A program made the position numbers and the translations under genes. The notes beneath the pieces were generated by a model. The model saw only the letters and a program-made list of their open reading frames with translations. It made no database searches and had not been told where the DNA came from. This document shows positions 39,441 to 49,186 of a stretch of 64,000 nucleotides of DNA, piece by piece. This DNA is from an uncultured Chitinophagaceae bacterium (GTDB taxonomy: Bacteria; Bacteroidota; Ignavibacteria; Kapaibacteriales; UBA961). Within the stretch, counting starts at the first letter, position 1, and every line of letters begins with the position of its first letter. The stretch lies in NCBI GenBank assembly GCA_964527785.1, contig CAZGNO010000001.1, forward strand, positions 24,845-88,844, read 5' to 3'.

Positions 39441-39513
39441 AGCCAATTGCCGGATTTGAACCGGCGGCCTGCTCATTACGAATGAGCTGCTCTACCAGCT
39501 GAGCTAAATTGGC
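39441..39513 (-). tRNA. tRNA-Thr (anticodon CGT)
   Basis: The reverse complement folds as a 73-nt cloverleaf, with acceptor GCCAATT/AATTGGC, anticodon arm GCTCA-TTCGTAA-TGAGC and T-arm GCCGG-TTCAAAT-CCGGC. Confidence 0.9.
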
Positions 39514-39735
39514 ATATCGCTCTACGAAATTACGTAAGTTTTCAAAATTTGACAAGAAATATTCCCGAATTTACGGAACATACAATCCGGCTACTACGGC
39601 TGAATAGTATGAAAGAATGCAACGTAATACTCTATTATTTGCTAATTTTGAAGACTTATTTCCCCGCTTACTACGTCATCTCAAACTTTAGGGATGTTGT
39701 ACGGGTACAATTTGCTGCATAATTATTACCGTAAA

Positions 39736-39789
39736 ATTTGTAAGTTCTTGTTTCTCAACTTTATTTGTAAGTTCTTGTTTCTCAACTTT
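39736..39789 (+). repeat. perfect 27-bp tandem duplication (ATTTGTAAGTTCTTGTTTCTCAACTTT x2) just upstream of the TldD/PmbA-like gene
   Basis: The copies at 39736-39762 and 39763-39789 are identical. The ATG lies at 39805. Confidence 0.85.
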
Positions 39790-39804
39790 TTTCGTTTATT
39801 CGAT

Positions 39805-41580
39805 ATGAAGATTTTCAAAAGATATGTGCTTCTCGGAATGTTATTATTAAGTACACCAACGCTTTTCGCAGGTAATGATGATATAGTTCGGGCAATGCGT
39901 GATGAGATTCGACGTTCACTTTCAGAACTATCAGTACCGACTCTCCAAAAACCGTATTATGTGGAATATACGCTCACACTTCGTGATGCTCAAAGTATGA
40001 AAGCGTCACTCGGCGGTATTGTGCACGAACGTCGCAGTCCGTCCGCTACTCTTTCTGTAGGGATTCGCGTGGGCAAACCTGAATTTGATAATACAAACTA
40101 TTTTGACGTTAGCTTGGGGTTTTTTGGCAGTGCCGATGATGAAGAATCATTCCATAACCGTCGTGTTCCGCTTGAATTGGACTATTCATCCCTTCGCCGA
40201 GAATTATGGCTGGCTACCGATGCCTGCTATAAACAAGCTGCCGAACTCTATGCCAAAAAAGAAGCCTCGATTAAAAACCGAATGCGAACCGATACTACAC
40301 CCGATTTCAAGATGATGGCAGGGCAAGTATTGGCAGATACAGGTGTAATTCCAGCTTTCGATGCTGGGTACTTCCGTCAATTATGCAAGGATTTATCCTC
40401 GCTCTTTAGTGAATACAGTTCGATTAGTGCGTCAAGTGTGAATGTTGAATTTACTCCCGAGTATGTGTATTATGTTAATAGCGAAGGACGTGAATATCAA
40501 AAAACGGAATATTACACTGGGCTTGAAGTAGTAAATTCAACTCAAGCATCCGACGGTATGCCGCTCGCAAATGTCTATACATCCTATAGTCGTAAACCAA
40601 GTGAGTTGCCAACCCGTGATTCTCTTGTAACTGCCGTTAAATTAGTTGCTGCAAATCTGAATCGTCTTACATTCGCCCCGACACTTACTGATGCATATTC
40701 GGGACCCGTGCTGTTTGAAGACCAAGCTGCAGCCGAAATAATGGCTCAGATGTTTACGCCTAATCTTGTAACCCAACGTCAGCCGCTTACCGAACGTGGT
40801 ATGCAGGAATCAGAACGGTACAGTGCATTTCAGAATAAAATAGGCGGTCGTGTTTTGCCGGAGTTTCTTTCGATAACTGCCTCGCCTAATAAAACCAACT
40901 TTGGGACTACATCTCTTATCGGCAGCTATTCGATTGATGATGAGGGTATCTCGGCACAACCGGTAAATTTGGTAGAGAATGGTTATTTGAAAGCACTTCT
41001 TTCTTCACGAACACCTACTAAGCGGGTTAGGCAGTCGAACGGACATCAACGAGGTGGTGCTTCAATGCTCAGCACGCTCGAATTGACAGCCAAACCCGAA
41101 AAGAAAGCTGATAAGCAATTGAATGCGGCGGCATTGCGCCAAAAAATGCTCAAGCTCTGTAAAGACCGTGAATTACCGTATGGAATAATAGTTCGTAAGG
41201 CACTCAATCAAAATATACTGTTTACTGCTCTCTACGAGCAAACAGCAGGTGAATATCCCTTTGCACAAGGCGAAACCAAACTCTCGCTGCTTGAAGTATA
41301 TAAACTATATCCTAACGGTAAAGAAGAGCTTGTGCGCGGTACGGAAGCTGCCGGACTTACGGTTCAGGTTTTCAAGGATATTATAGCCGTTGGGAAAAAA
41401 CCGGCAGCATATAATTATCTTGCTTCTGCGATTGCTTCACCGTTTGTTACAGGCGGGTCACAGTATATAGGTGCATCGCTTATCGTACCTGATATTCTTT
41501 TTGAAGATTTGGAGATACGTCCCCTTGAAGGTGATTTCCCGAAGCCGCCGTTTTTGGGCTCGCCGCTTGGGAAGAAATGA
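39805..41580 (+). CDS. secreted TldD/PmbA-family (peptidase U62) protein
   Basis: Signal peptide MKIFKRYVLLGMLLLSTPTLFA and a TldD/PmbA-like core (YSIDDEGISAQPVNLVENGYLKALL). The track ORF (from 39694) reads through the tandem repeat and is probably over-extended. Confidence 0.55.
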   Translation: MKIFKRYVLLGMLLLSTPTLFAGNDDIVRAMRDEIRRSLSELSVPTLQKPYYVEYTLTLRDAQSMKASLGGIVHERRSPSATLSVGIRVGKPEFDNTNYFDVSLGFFGSADDEESFHNRRVPLELDYSSLRRELWLATDACYKQAAELYAKKEASIKNRMRTDTTPDFKMMAGQVLADTGVIPAFDAGYFRQLCKDLSSLFSEYSSISASSVNVEFTPEYVYYVNSEGREYQKTEYYTGLEVVNSTQASDGMPLANVYTSYSRKPSELPTRDSLVTAVKLVAANLNRLTFAPTLTDAYSGPVLFEDQAAAEIMAQMFTPNLVTQRQPLTERGMQESERYSAFQNKIGGRVLPEFLSITASPNKTNFGTTSLIGSYSIDDEGISAQPVNLVENGYLKALLSSRTPTKRVRQSNGHQRGGASMLSTLELTAKPEKKADKQLNAAALRQKMLKLCKDRELPYGIIVRKALNQNILFTALYEQTAGEYPFAQGETKLSLLEVYKLYPNGKEELVRGTEAAGLTVQVFKDIIAVGKKPAAYNYLASAIASPFVTGGSQYIGASLIVPDILFEDLEIRPLEGDFPKPPFLGSPLGKK

Positions 41581-41612
41581 GATTTTGGAAATGGAATTAT
41601 ATGTGATGATTT

Positions 41613-42239
41613 ATGATCGAAATTCAAGAATGGGGCTTAATTGACTTCAACGAAGCATGGGAACGTCAGCGCATACTCGCTACATCAGTACTTAAGGGTG
41701 AGCAACCGAGCACTCTCGTCCTTTGCGAGCATCCTACTGTAATTACTATCGGACGGAACGGCACCGATGCAAATGTTGTAGCAAACCCTGAAGAATTAGC
41801 AATGCGCGGAGTCAGTGTTATTCCTATTAATCGCGGTGGTGATGTAACACTCCATAATCCGGGGCAGCTTGTCGGGTATCCGATTTTCCGTTTGACAGAT
41901 TTCAGAGAAGACTTGCATTGGTTCTTGCGAGAGATTGAAGAGTGCATCATTGGAACTATTGCAAAATTTGGTGTTGTAGGTGGTCGTGTGGATGGATCTA
42001 CCGGTGTGTGGGTTGAGCAGCAGAGAAAGGTTTGTGCAATTGGAATTCACTGTTCACGTTGGGTTACATCTCACGGATTCGCCCTGAATGTAAATAATGA
42101 CATTCAAGAATTTGAAATGATAATACCGTGTGGGATTACAGACAAAGATGTTACTTCAATTGAGAAAGAAATTGAAGGAGCAGTAAATTTTAATAGAGTT
42201 AAGGAAATTTGCGCAGAAGAATTCAGAAGTAGGTTTTAG
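41613..42239 (+). CDS. lipB: octanoyl-[ACP]:protein N-octanoyltransferase
   Basis: 208 aa with NRGGDVTLHNPGQLVGYP and the catalytic region KVCAIGI. Confidence 0.85.
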   Translation: MIEIQEWGLIDFNEAWERQRILATSVLKGEQPSTLVLCEHPTVITIGRNGTDANVVANPEELAMRGVSVIPINRGGDVTLHNPGQLVGYPIFRLTDFREDLHWFLREIEECIIGTIAKFGVVGGRVDGSTGVWVEQQRKVCAIGIHCSRWVTSHGFALNVNNDIQEFEMIIPCGITDKDVTSIEKEIEGAVNFNRVKEICAEEFRSRF

Positions 42240-42308
42240 CATGATGCTAAAATATTTTTTGAAAAATTGTTGAAAACTTTGTAGTTTTGCGTCGAATTGA
42301 AAACGCAA

Positions 42309-42381
<73 letters not shown>

Positions 42382-42416
42382 CGACAACGCAAGTTGTCAC
42401 CTCCTCTTTATGCTGC

Positions 42417-42456
42417 ATGCCTTGTCATCATTCCCCCCGGTGACGAGGCATTTTTA
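42417..42456 (+). terminator. rho-independent terminator after tRNA-Gly
   Basis: Stem ATGCCTTGTCA / TGACGAGGCAT (one G:U pair) followed by TTTTT. Confidence 0.6.
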
Positions 42457-42842
42457 TCAAGACAGGTGAATTTATAGATATATAAAAACTATTTTACTGA
42501 AAAAGTATTTGGTTACAAATATTTCTTGGTGTATTTTCGTCTCATAAGTTACATCAATTTAGCCGAACAATCTTACTGCCTACTGCACATTTCTACCTCA
42601 ATTATAAAACGCGGTGTTCTTATATTTTTCTCTAACTCTATACCAAATTAGATGCTGAGAAAAATGAGAAGGGTGTTTTGTATCTTCTTTAGTTCTATTC
42701 TAGTTCATATTTCTAATTGGTTCGAGAACATTTCTATGTAAATTTTCTACCGATAATTGATGTATCTGTATAAAATTCAGACATCAACGAAATTTATAAT
42801 TTAACTGTCTATTATAAAAACCAACAGAGAGGACACACCGAT

Positions 42843-45800
42843 ATGAAACAATGTTCTGTTAAGAAAGCAATATCTGCTTCACTACTGTTTTTTTGTATAG
42901 TGTTCGGACTGTCTAGCAGTATGGTGGGACAACCATCAGTCCCTGCCGGAAATGGTTTAGAGATTATTCGTTCATCTGCGAATGAATTAGTGATAAGTTA
43001 TATTCCGAAAATTGAGAAGCTCGATACAATTATTACTGCTTCTGGTGAGCAAACAATACTTCCAAACATTCATGGCGCAACCATCAATCAGTCAAACCAC
43101 GGTTCACCTTCTCTCCTTTCTGTTTCTGCGCCTATTGTAATCCCTTCTCCTGACGGGTTCACCATTACGAGTGTGCAAGCAATCGGAGTTAAGCGTTTAG
43201 CCCAAAAGATTACACCTGTACCGACACCTCATCGTGTAGGAGAATTTCATGAACAGATATATCAACTTAATACAGAATTATACTACACGGCTCCTCCGCA
43301 AGAATGGGCAACTATTACGTATGGCGGTATTGCCCGTAATCGTTACATCGGCGATTTATCAATCATAGCAGCCCGATACGACGGAATATCACAAACAGTC
43401 GAAATCCCTTCTAAAATCATTGTAACAATACGTTTCTCAGGCACCACTGCTGCCGGCAATGCTGCAAAAGATGATTACAATGTTCTTCAAGTACTTAACG
43501 CAGAGCAAGCAAAGTCATGGAAAATAAAAGAGTCGGCATCCGCAAAGTTATCAGATGATAAAAAAATCCTCAGTTCAGGTAAATGGGCGAAAATCGTAAT
43601 TGAAAGTGAAGGAATCTATAAAGTTGATGCAGCAATGCTTTCAAAATATGGAATAAACCTAACTGCTGCTGATATCCCAACCCTTAAAGTATTCAGTAAT
43701 GCAGGTGTTACATTGACCGAAGACGGAACTCAAAATCTCAAAAACCAAATGAGAGAACAGCCGATAATTGTCCGCACAAAAGCAAATGGAGAACTTGATG
43801 CAGTTCTTTTTTATGCAAGCGGAGCCGGTGGGTTTGAATATAAAAATCAAACGTTCCAACACTTTCTCAACCCGTATTCCGCTAAGAGTTCTTACCTAAT
43901 TACATTTGGAGGTGCTCCGGGTATCCGTGCTACTGAACTAGAAGCTCCAAGCACTATTATCAACAGACCCACGAGCTATACGGCGCGTATTTTTAATGAA
44001 GAAGAGGTGACAAATGCATTTCCTGTGCCATCAGGAAGAACATGGTTCGGACGAACTGTAGATAATTCGTTGCCACAGACCTTTACTACTCAATTGCAAA
44101 ATTTAGTAAGGAGTAGCGAAGTTCTGTACCGTTATTCTCTTGCACATCGTAGCGCAAAAGCAGGTTTTTTTGTTGTTTCCGAAAATGGGTATTCACTTGA
44201 CACTTTGCAATTGCCGGGTTTGAACCCGAGCGGCAGCTCGTATAACTATGTAGATGCTTATTCACGGATTAACACGGGTAAGTTGCTTGCAAATTCGATT
44301 TCATCGGATAACAGAAGTGTATTGAAGTTTTCGTATACAAATACAGCCGGCAGTTCGGCAAGCGGTTTAATGGATTGGTTCGAAGTACATTACACCAGGG
44401 AGTGTGTACCGGTTAATAATGAAATTGAGTTTTTGACTGATTTGTCACTAAGCGGTGCAACCGAATATTCTTTCAATGGATTTTCAGGAGAGATATTTGG
44501 GTTTGACGTTACAGACCGTGCAGCACCCAAAATGCTTAAAAATTTCTCGTCCACCGGAGGAATGTTTATTCTGCGCAGTGATTTATCAACCAAAGAACCT
44601 AAGAGATTTTATATTTCATCAGCAGTAAAAACACCAAGTATGGAAACGGCTGATGTAGCAGACTTGCGCTCTAACTTTGCTAATACAGATGTTGTAGTGA
44701 TTACCCATAAAAATCTGATAGAGTCAGCAAATAAGTTCAAAGAATACCGTGAGTCCCAAAAAGAATTATCGGTAAGTGTAATAACCACCGAACAGATTTA
44801 CAACGAATTTTCAGGTGGAATGACAGATGTAACAGCTATCCGTGATTTTTTGGCGTATGCCTATGCAAACTGGGCAAACAAACCTAAATATGTGCTTTTG
44901 TGGGGTGACGGGCATTGTGACTATAAAAATGTTCTAACACAAGAGGTAAACTTTGTCCCTCCGTTTGAATCTGATTTCACAGAAGGCAGTTATGATGAAA
45001 CAGGTACGTACACGACCGATGATTACTATGCACGTATTGTAGGTGATGACCGTAAAGTTGATATGGCAATCTCTCGTATTCCTGTATCCTCAATAGAAGT
45101 CGGGCAGACTATAGTTGATAAAATTAAACAGTATGAAACAGGTTCGATAAGAGGAGAATGGCAATCCAATGTTACTCTTGTGGCTGATGACGGTCTGACA
45201 ACAAACTCGGATGACGGGACAGAGCATACCGACGGGTCTGAAAGTTTATCTAAATATTCTATTCCTCAGGATATGCAGCAACATAAGATATACTTGTCTG
45301 AATATCCTGTTGAAAATGTTCCGAACGGACGTCGTAAGCCGGAAGTGACAGCCCAACTTCTCAATGAAGTAAATACCAAGGGTTCAGTATTGCTAAGCTG
45401 GGTAGGTCATGGAAGTCCCAGAGTGTGGGCTCACGAATTGATATTTGAAAGAGAACTTACTATTCCTTTGATGACTAATTGGGACAAACTATTTTTTTTA
45501 ACAGCAGCTACCTGTGATTTTTCTCGATTTGATGACGGGGATCACCAAAGCGGAGCCGAAGAATTGGTATTCAGCAAAACTGGAGGCGCAATCGGTGTGT
45601 TTGCTGCGTCACGTCCTGTTTTTTCTTCCGAAAACAAACAAATCGCTGCACTGTTTTACAAAAATCTGTTTTCCCGTGACGCAAACGGAAAATATTTACG
45701 TTTGGGTGATGTAATGTATAATGTAAAACAGGAAAGACAGTCCTTAAACGATGAGAAATACTTTTTGCTTGGTGACCCGACAATGCGATTACTTTTACCG

Positions 45801-46883
45801 GAAAACATAGTCAGTATTAATGCAATTAACGGGGAAGCAGTCACAGACAGCGTAACACTAATGCCAATGCTCAAAGCCCTTTCTACAGTTACTGTAGATG
45901 GCTCTATAGTAACTTCACAAAATCCTGCAGTTGATACCGATTTTAATGGTACGATACTGATTACGTTGGCTGACAGTGATATTGATGCAAAAGTAGTAGA
46001 TGCAGCCGACGGAGTTACACATTCAATTTTAAAAACAGGCGGTACTCTTAATCGAAGTGCGTACAGAGTAACAAACGGAACATTTAAAGCACAATTTGTA
46101 ATGCCAAAAGATTTGAGTTTCTCAAATAACCAAGGACGGATGTATGGGTATGCCTTCTCAGACACCAAAACAGCAAAGGGCAGCTCCCGCTCATTTAAGG
46201 TAGGAGGCATTGTCCTCGGTAATTTTCATGATAACAATGGACCGGAAATTTCTATTTATTTAGATGACCGTAGTTTCCAAGCCGGAAATTTGGTACGGAA
46301 ATCGCCTTTACTTATCGTAGATTTATTTGATTCGACCGGCATCAATACAACCGGGTCGAGCATAGGGCATAAAATTGAGGTTTGGTTCGATTCAAATCCG
46401 GCTCCACTAGACTTAACGCAGGGCTTTGCAACCTCTTTAGACGATTCTCGCAAAGGAAGCACAGAAAAACAAATATTTAATCTTGCCGCAGGTGGTCATA
46501 CAGCAAGAGTAAGGGCATGGGACGTATTAAACAATTATTCGGAGACTCAAACAAATTTTAGAGTAGCTTCTACCGATAAAAACGTAATTACCGATAACTT
46601 GCAATGTTATCCTAATCCGTCTGTTAATGGGACAAATATTACATTCCAGCACAACCAATCACAACCATTTACAGTAGAAATTCATATTTTTGCAGCCGAC
46701 GGTAGGTCAATAAAGTCAATTAACAAAACAATCGAAGGATTACACACAGCTTCTATATATTGGGACGGGTTCGACAGCGATGGTTCAAAAGTGAGCCAAG
46801 GTGCTTATATGTATTCCGTAGATGTACGAACTGCTAACGGTAATACCGAACAATTGTTCGGTAAAATTTCAATAGTACAATAA
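42843..46883 (+). CDS. porU: type IX secretion system sortase PorU-like (peptidase C25 family) protein
   Basis: 1346 aa with a signal peptide and a central gingipain/C25-like region (VLLWGDGHCDY ... LSWVGHGSP ... LTAATCDFS). It has its own T9SS-type C-terminal domain (CYPNPSVNGTNITF…) and sits immediately upstream of a PorV-like gene. Confidence 0.65.
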   Translation: MKQCSVKKAISASLLFFCIVFGLSSSMVGQPSVPAGNGLEIIRSSANELVISYIPKIEKLDTIITASGEQTILPNIHGATINQSNHGSPSLLSVSAPIVIPSPDGFTITSVQAIGVKRLAQKITPVPTPHRVGEFHEQIYQLNTELYYTAPPQEWATITYGGIARNRYIGDLSIIAARYDGISQTVEIPSKIIVTIRFSGTTAAGNAAKDDYNVLQVLNAEQAKSWKIKESASAKLSDDKKILSSGKWAKIVIESEGIYKVDAAMLSKYGINLTAADIPTLKVFSNAGVTLTEDGTQNLKNQMREQPIIVRTKANGELDAVLFYASGAGGFEYKNQTFQHFLNPYSAKSSYLITFGGAPGIRATELEAPSTIINRPTSYTARIFNEEEVTNAFPVPSGRTWFGRTVDNSLPQTFTTQLQNLVRSSEVLYRYSLAHRSAKAGFFVVSENGYSLDTLQLPGLNPSGSSYNYVDAYSRINTGKLLANSISSDNRSVLKFSYTNTAGSSASGLMDWFEVHYTRECVPVNNEIEFLTDLSLSGATEYSFNGFSGEIFGFDVTDRAAPKMLKNFSSTGGMFILRSDLSTKEPKRFYISSAVKTPSMETADVADLRSNFANTDVVVITHKNLIESANKFKEYRESQKELSVSVITTEQIYNEFSGGMTDVTAIRDFLAYAYANWANKPKYVLLWGDGHCDYKNVLTQEVNFVPPFESDFTEGSYDETGTYTTDDYYARIVGDDRKVDMAISRIPVSSIEVGQTIVDKIKQYETGSIRGEWQSNVTLVADDGLTTNSDDGTEHTDGSESLSKYSIPQDMQQHKIYLSEYPVENVPNGRRKPEVTAQLLNEVNTKGSVLLSWVGHGSPRVWAHELIFERELTIPLMTNWDKLFFLTAATCDFSRFDDGDHQSGAEELVFSKTGGAIGVFAASRPVFSSENKQIAALFYKNLFSRDANGKYLRLGDVMYNVKQERQSLNDEKYFLLGDPTMRLLLPENIVSINAINGEAVTDSVTLMPMLKALSTVTVDGSIVTSQNPAVDTDFNGTILITLADSDIDAKVVDAADGVTHSILKTGGTLNRSAYRVTNGTFKAQFVMPKDLSFSNNQGRMYGYAFSDTKTAKGSSRSFKVGGIVLGNFHDNNGPEISIYLDDRSFQAGNLVRKSPLLIVDLFDSTGINTTGSSIGHKIEVWFDSNPAPLDLTQGFATSLDDSRKGSTEKQIFNLAAGGHTARVRAWDVLNNYSETQTNFRVASTDKNVITDNLQCYPNPSVNGTNITFQHNQSQPFTVEIHIFAADGRSIKSINKTIEGLHTASIYWDGFDSDGSKVSQGAYMYSVDVRTANGNTEQLFGKISIVQ

Positions 46884-46913
46884 TCATTATTATTTTCAAA
46901 AGGACTTACGATT

Positions 46914-47987
46914 ATGAAACGCAATTTTTTGGCAACGCCGCTTTTAATAGCCGCTGCTCTGTGTTTTACTACATTCGACACAGTAGCACAGGGAACGTCC
47001 GCTGTTCCCTTCCTGTTGATTTCGGCGGATGCCCGTGCCGGTGGGATGGGTGAGGTAGGTACAGCCATAGCCGACAACGTTAATGCGATGTTTTGGAATC
47101 CGGGAGGTTTGGGCTTTCAAACTTCACGGCAAGTATCGTTGAATTTTTCCCGTTGGTTACCACAATTTAATGCTGACCTGTTCTATAGCTATGGCGGTTA
47201 TGCTCAGCACGTAGAATCTCTCGACGGAATGGTCGGAGTTAATTTTATTTTGATGAATCTGGGTGAATTCCAACGCACTTATGAAAACGGAACTCTCGGT
47301 CCTAAATTTCGTTCTAATGAATTTTCACTTGGTGTATCATACGGAACTATGATAGCCGATGATATTGGAGCCGGGATACAGCTTCGTTATATCCAGTCTA
47401 ATTTAGCACCTGTTAATGTTTCGACCGGAAGCGCCGGAAAAGGTGTGAGCGGATGCTTCGACCTTGGAATATTATGGAAACCGTCCAAACTTGAAGTGTT
47501 CGACGTAGATTTAAACGAGAAATTTGCTCTCGGGGTAAATTTACAAAGTGTTGGACCTAAAGTAACATACAACCAAGAATCTGACCCGCTCCCTACTACT
47601 CTGCGTTTGGGTACTGCATTGAATTTGGTGAGAGATGAATTTAATGATTTAACATTTTCAATTGATATGTCGAAGTTGCTCGTTCGGAGAGACAATCAGG
47701 CGTCTGACCCAATACCAAAATCATTTATAACCGCATGGCAAAAAGGTGGAATAGATGTTTCAATGGGTGCAGAATATTGGTATGAAAGAATTGTAGCTCT
47801 TCGCGCAGGATATTTTACGGAGCCCGCATCAGCCGGTAATCGTAATTTTATGACGTTTGGAGCAGGGATACGCTATGATATTTTTAATCTTGATTTTAGC
47901 TTTATCAATACGATAGAAGATAATCACCCGCTTGCCAATACAATGAGATTCTCTATGGTAATTGATTGGGCGAACAGCGGAAAGTAA
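46914..47987 (+). CDS. porV: T9SS outer-membrane shuttle/channel protein PorV (LptO)-like
   Basis: 357 aa with a signal peptide, the motif VPFLLISADARAGGMGEVGTA…NAMFWNPGGLGF characteristic of PorV as I recall it, and a beta-barrel pattern. Confidence 0.7.
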   Translation: MKRNFLATPLLIAAALCFTTFDTVAQGTSAVPFLLISADARAGGMGEVGTAIADNVNAMFWNPGGLGFQTSRQVSLNFSRWLPQFNADLFYSYGGYAQHVESLDGMVGVNFILMNLGEFQRTYENGTLGPKFRSNEFSLGVSYGTMIADDIGAGIQLRYIQSNLAPVNVSTGSAGKGVSGCFDLGILWKPSKLEVFDVDLNEKFALGVNLQSVGPKVTYNQESDPLPTTLRLGTALNLVRDEFNDLTFSIDMSKLLVRRDNQASDPIPKSFITAWQKGGIDVSMGAEYWYERIVALRAGYFTEPASAGNRNFMTFGAGIRYDIFNLDFSFINTIEDNHPLANTMRFSMVIDWANSGK

Positions 47988-48160
47988 GAACTTGAAATTA
48001 TCAAGGAATCAGATTAAGAATAAAACGGAATATCATTTCCCGATGGTAATAAAATCGAAACTACACAATAGAAATAATGTAGTTGCGTCCTACGGCTTCT
48101 TTTAATAAAGAAAGTCCGATTAAATCGGGAAGGTTGTATCACACTTACGAACGGTTTGGA

Positions 48161-49021
48161 ATGAGAATTACTAAGCAATACACTAATCGGGAAAGCCAGT
48201 CTTTAGATAAATATTTGCAGGAAATCGGGCGGGTAGAATTGCTCAGTCCCAACGATGAAATTGACCTCGCTCGGGCAATCAAGCGTGGTGGTTGGGATGG
48301 AGAACGTGGGCTTGAACGTTTGGTTAAAGCAAATCTTCGTTTCGTAGTCAGTGTTGCTAAGCAGTATCAAAATCAAGGTCTTTCACTCGGAGACCTTATT
48401 AACGAAGGAAACCTTGGTTTAATTAAAGCGGCTAAACGTTTCGATGAAACCCGTGGATTTAAATTTATATCTTATGCGGTGTGGTGGATTCGCCAGTCTA
48501 TCCTTCAGGCACTTGCAGAGCAGTCTCGTATTGTTCGTTTGCCTCTTAACCGCGTAGGAGCACTCAATAAAATCGGAAAAAAATTCAGTGAGCTTGAGCA
48601 AGCGTTCGAGCGAGAGCCGACTGCGTCCGAGCTTGCCGAACAGTTGGATATGAGTGTTTCGGAAATTACGGAAACTATTAAAATTTCGGGTCGGCACCTC
48701 TCGGTTGACGCTCCGTTTGTACAGGGTGAAGATAATCGTTTGCTCGATATTTTACCAAACGACCAACAGCCGCCACCGGACGCAGAACTGATGAGAGAAT
48801 CACTCCGCGTAGAAGTACAACAAGTTTTAAATACACTATCTCTTCGTGAGGCAGAGGTGATTAAATTGTATTTTGGTTTGGACGGTGTGTGTCTTACTCT
48901 CGAGGAAATCGGTGAGAAATTTAATCTGACACGCGAACGGGTACGTCAAATAAAAGAGAAGGCGATTCGCCGTCTGCGCCATGCTTCGCGCTCGAAGTCG
49001 TTGCGCTCTTATTTAGGGTAA
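48161..49021 (+). CDS. rpoD: primary-like sigma-70 factor, short Bacteroidetes/FCB type
   Basis: 286 aa starting at [23 protein letters not shown]. Regions 2-4 are present ([71 protein letters not shown]). The track ORF starts earlier, at 48083. Confidence 0.85.
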   Translation: MRITKQYTNRESQSLDKYLQEIGRVELLSPNDEIDLARAIKRGGWDGERGLERLVKANLRFVVSVAKQYQNQGLSLGDLINEGNLGLIKAAKRFDETRGFKFISYAVWWIRQSILQALAEQSRIVRLPLNRVGALNKIGKKFSELEQAFEREPTASELAEQLDMSVSEITETIKISGRHLSVDAPFVQGEDNRLLDILPNDQQPPPDAELMRESLRVEVQQVLNTLSLREAEVIKLYFGLDGVCLTLEEIGEKFNLTRERVRQIKEKAIRRLRHASRSKSLRSYLG

Positions 49022-49039
49022 ATAATCCAAAAAATTGAA

Positions 49040-49076
49040 AAGATGCCTGATAAACGTCAGGCATTTTGCTTTTTTG
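49040..49076 (+). terminator. rho-independent terminator after rpoD
   Basis: Stem ATGCCTGA / TCAGGCAT followed by TTTGCTTTTTT. Confidence 0.75.
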
Positions 49077-49186
49077 TTTGTTTGTGAACTCTTCAACCGC
49101 TATTTTGAGCGGTTGGGAGGTGATTATTGATAATACTCCTACCCACCTGATTTATTTAACTACAATCTACTACGGGAGTTCCCAAA

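Noticed and set aside
39736-39789. Tandem repeat considered as a CRISPR or minisatellite array
   Set aside because: There are only two directly abutting copies with no spacers and no cas genes. It is reported as a simple tandem duplication instead.
42650-42740. 28-codon ORF (MLRKMRRVFCIFFSSILVHISNWFENISM) in the long porU leader
   Set aside because: It is too short, has no conservation evidence available and no recognisable leader-peptide logic. It cannot be supported from sequence alone.
48109-48130. GAAAGTCCG string reminiscent of the RNase P RNA conserved region
   Set aside because: It is only a short hairpin (TCCGAT/ATCGGA) in the rpoD leader. None of the surrounding RNase P conserved helices or the GGAAAGUCCGGGC context is present.
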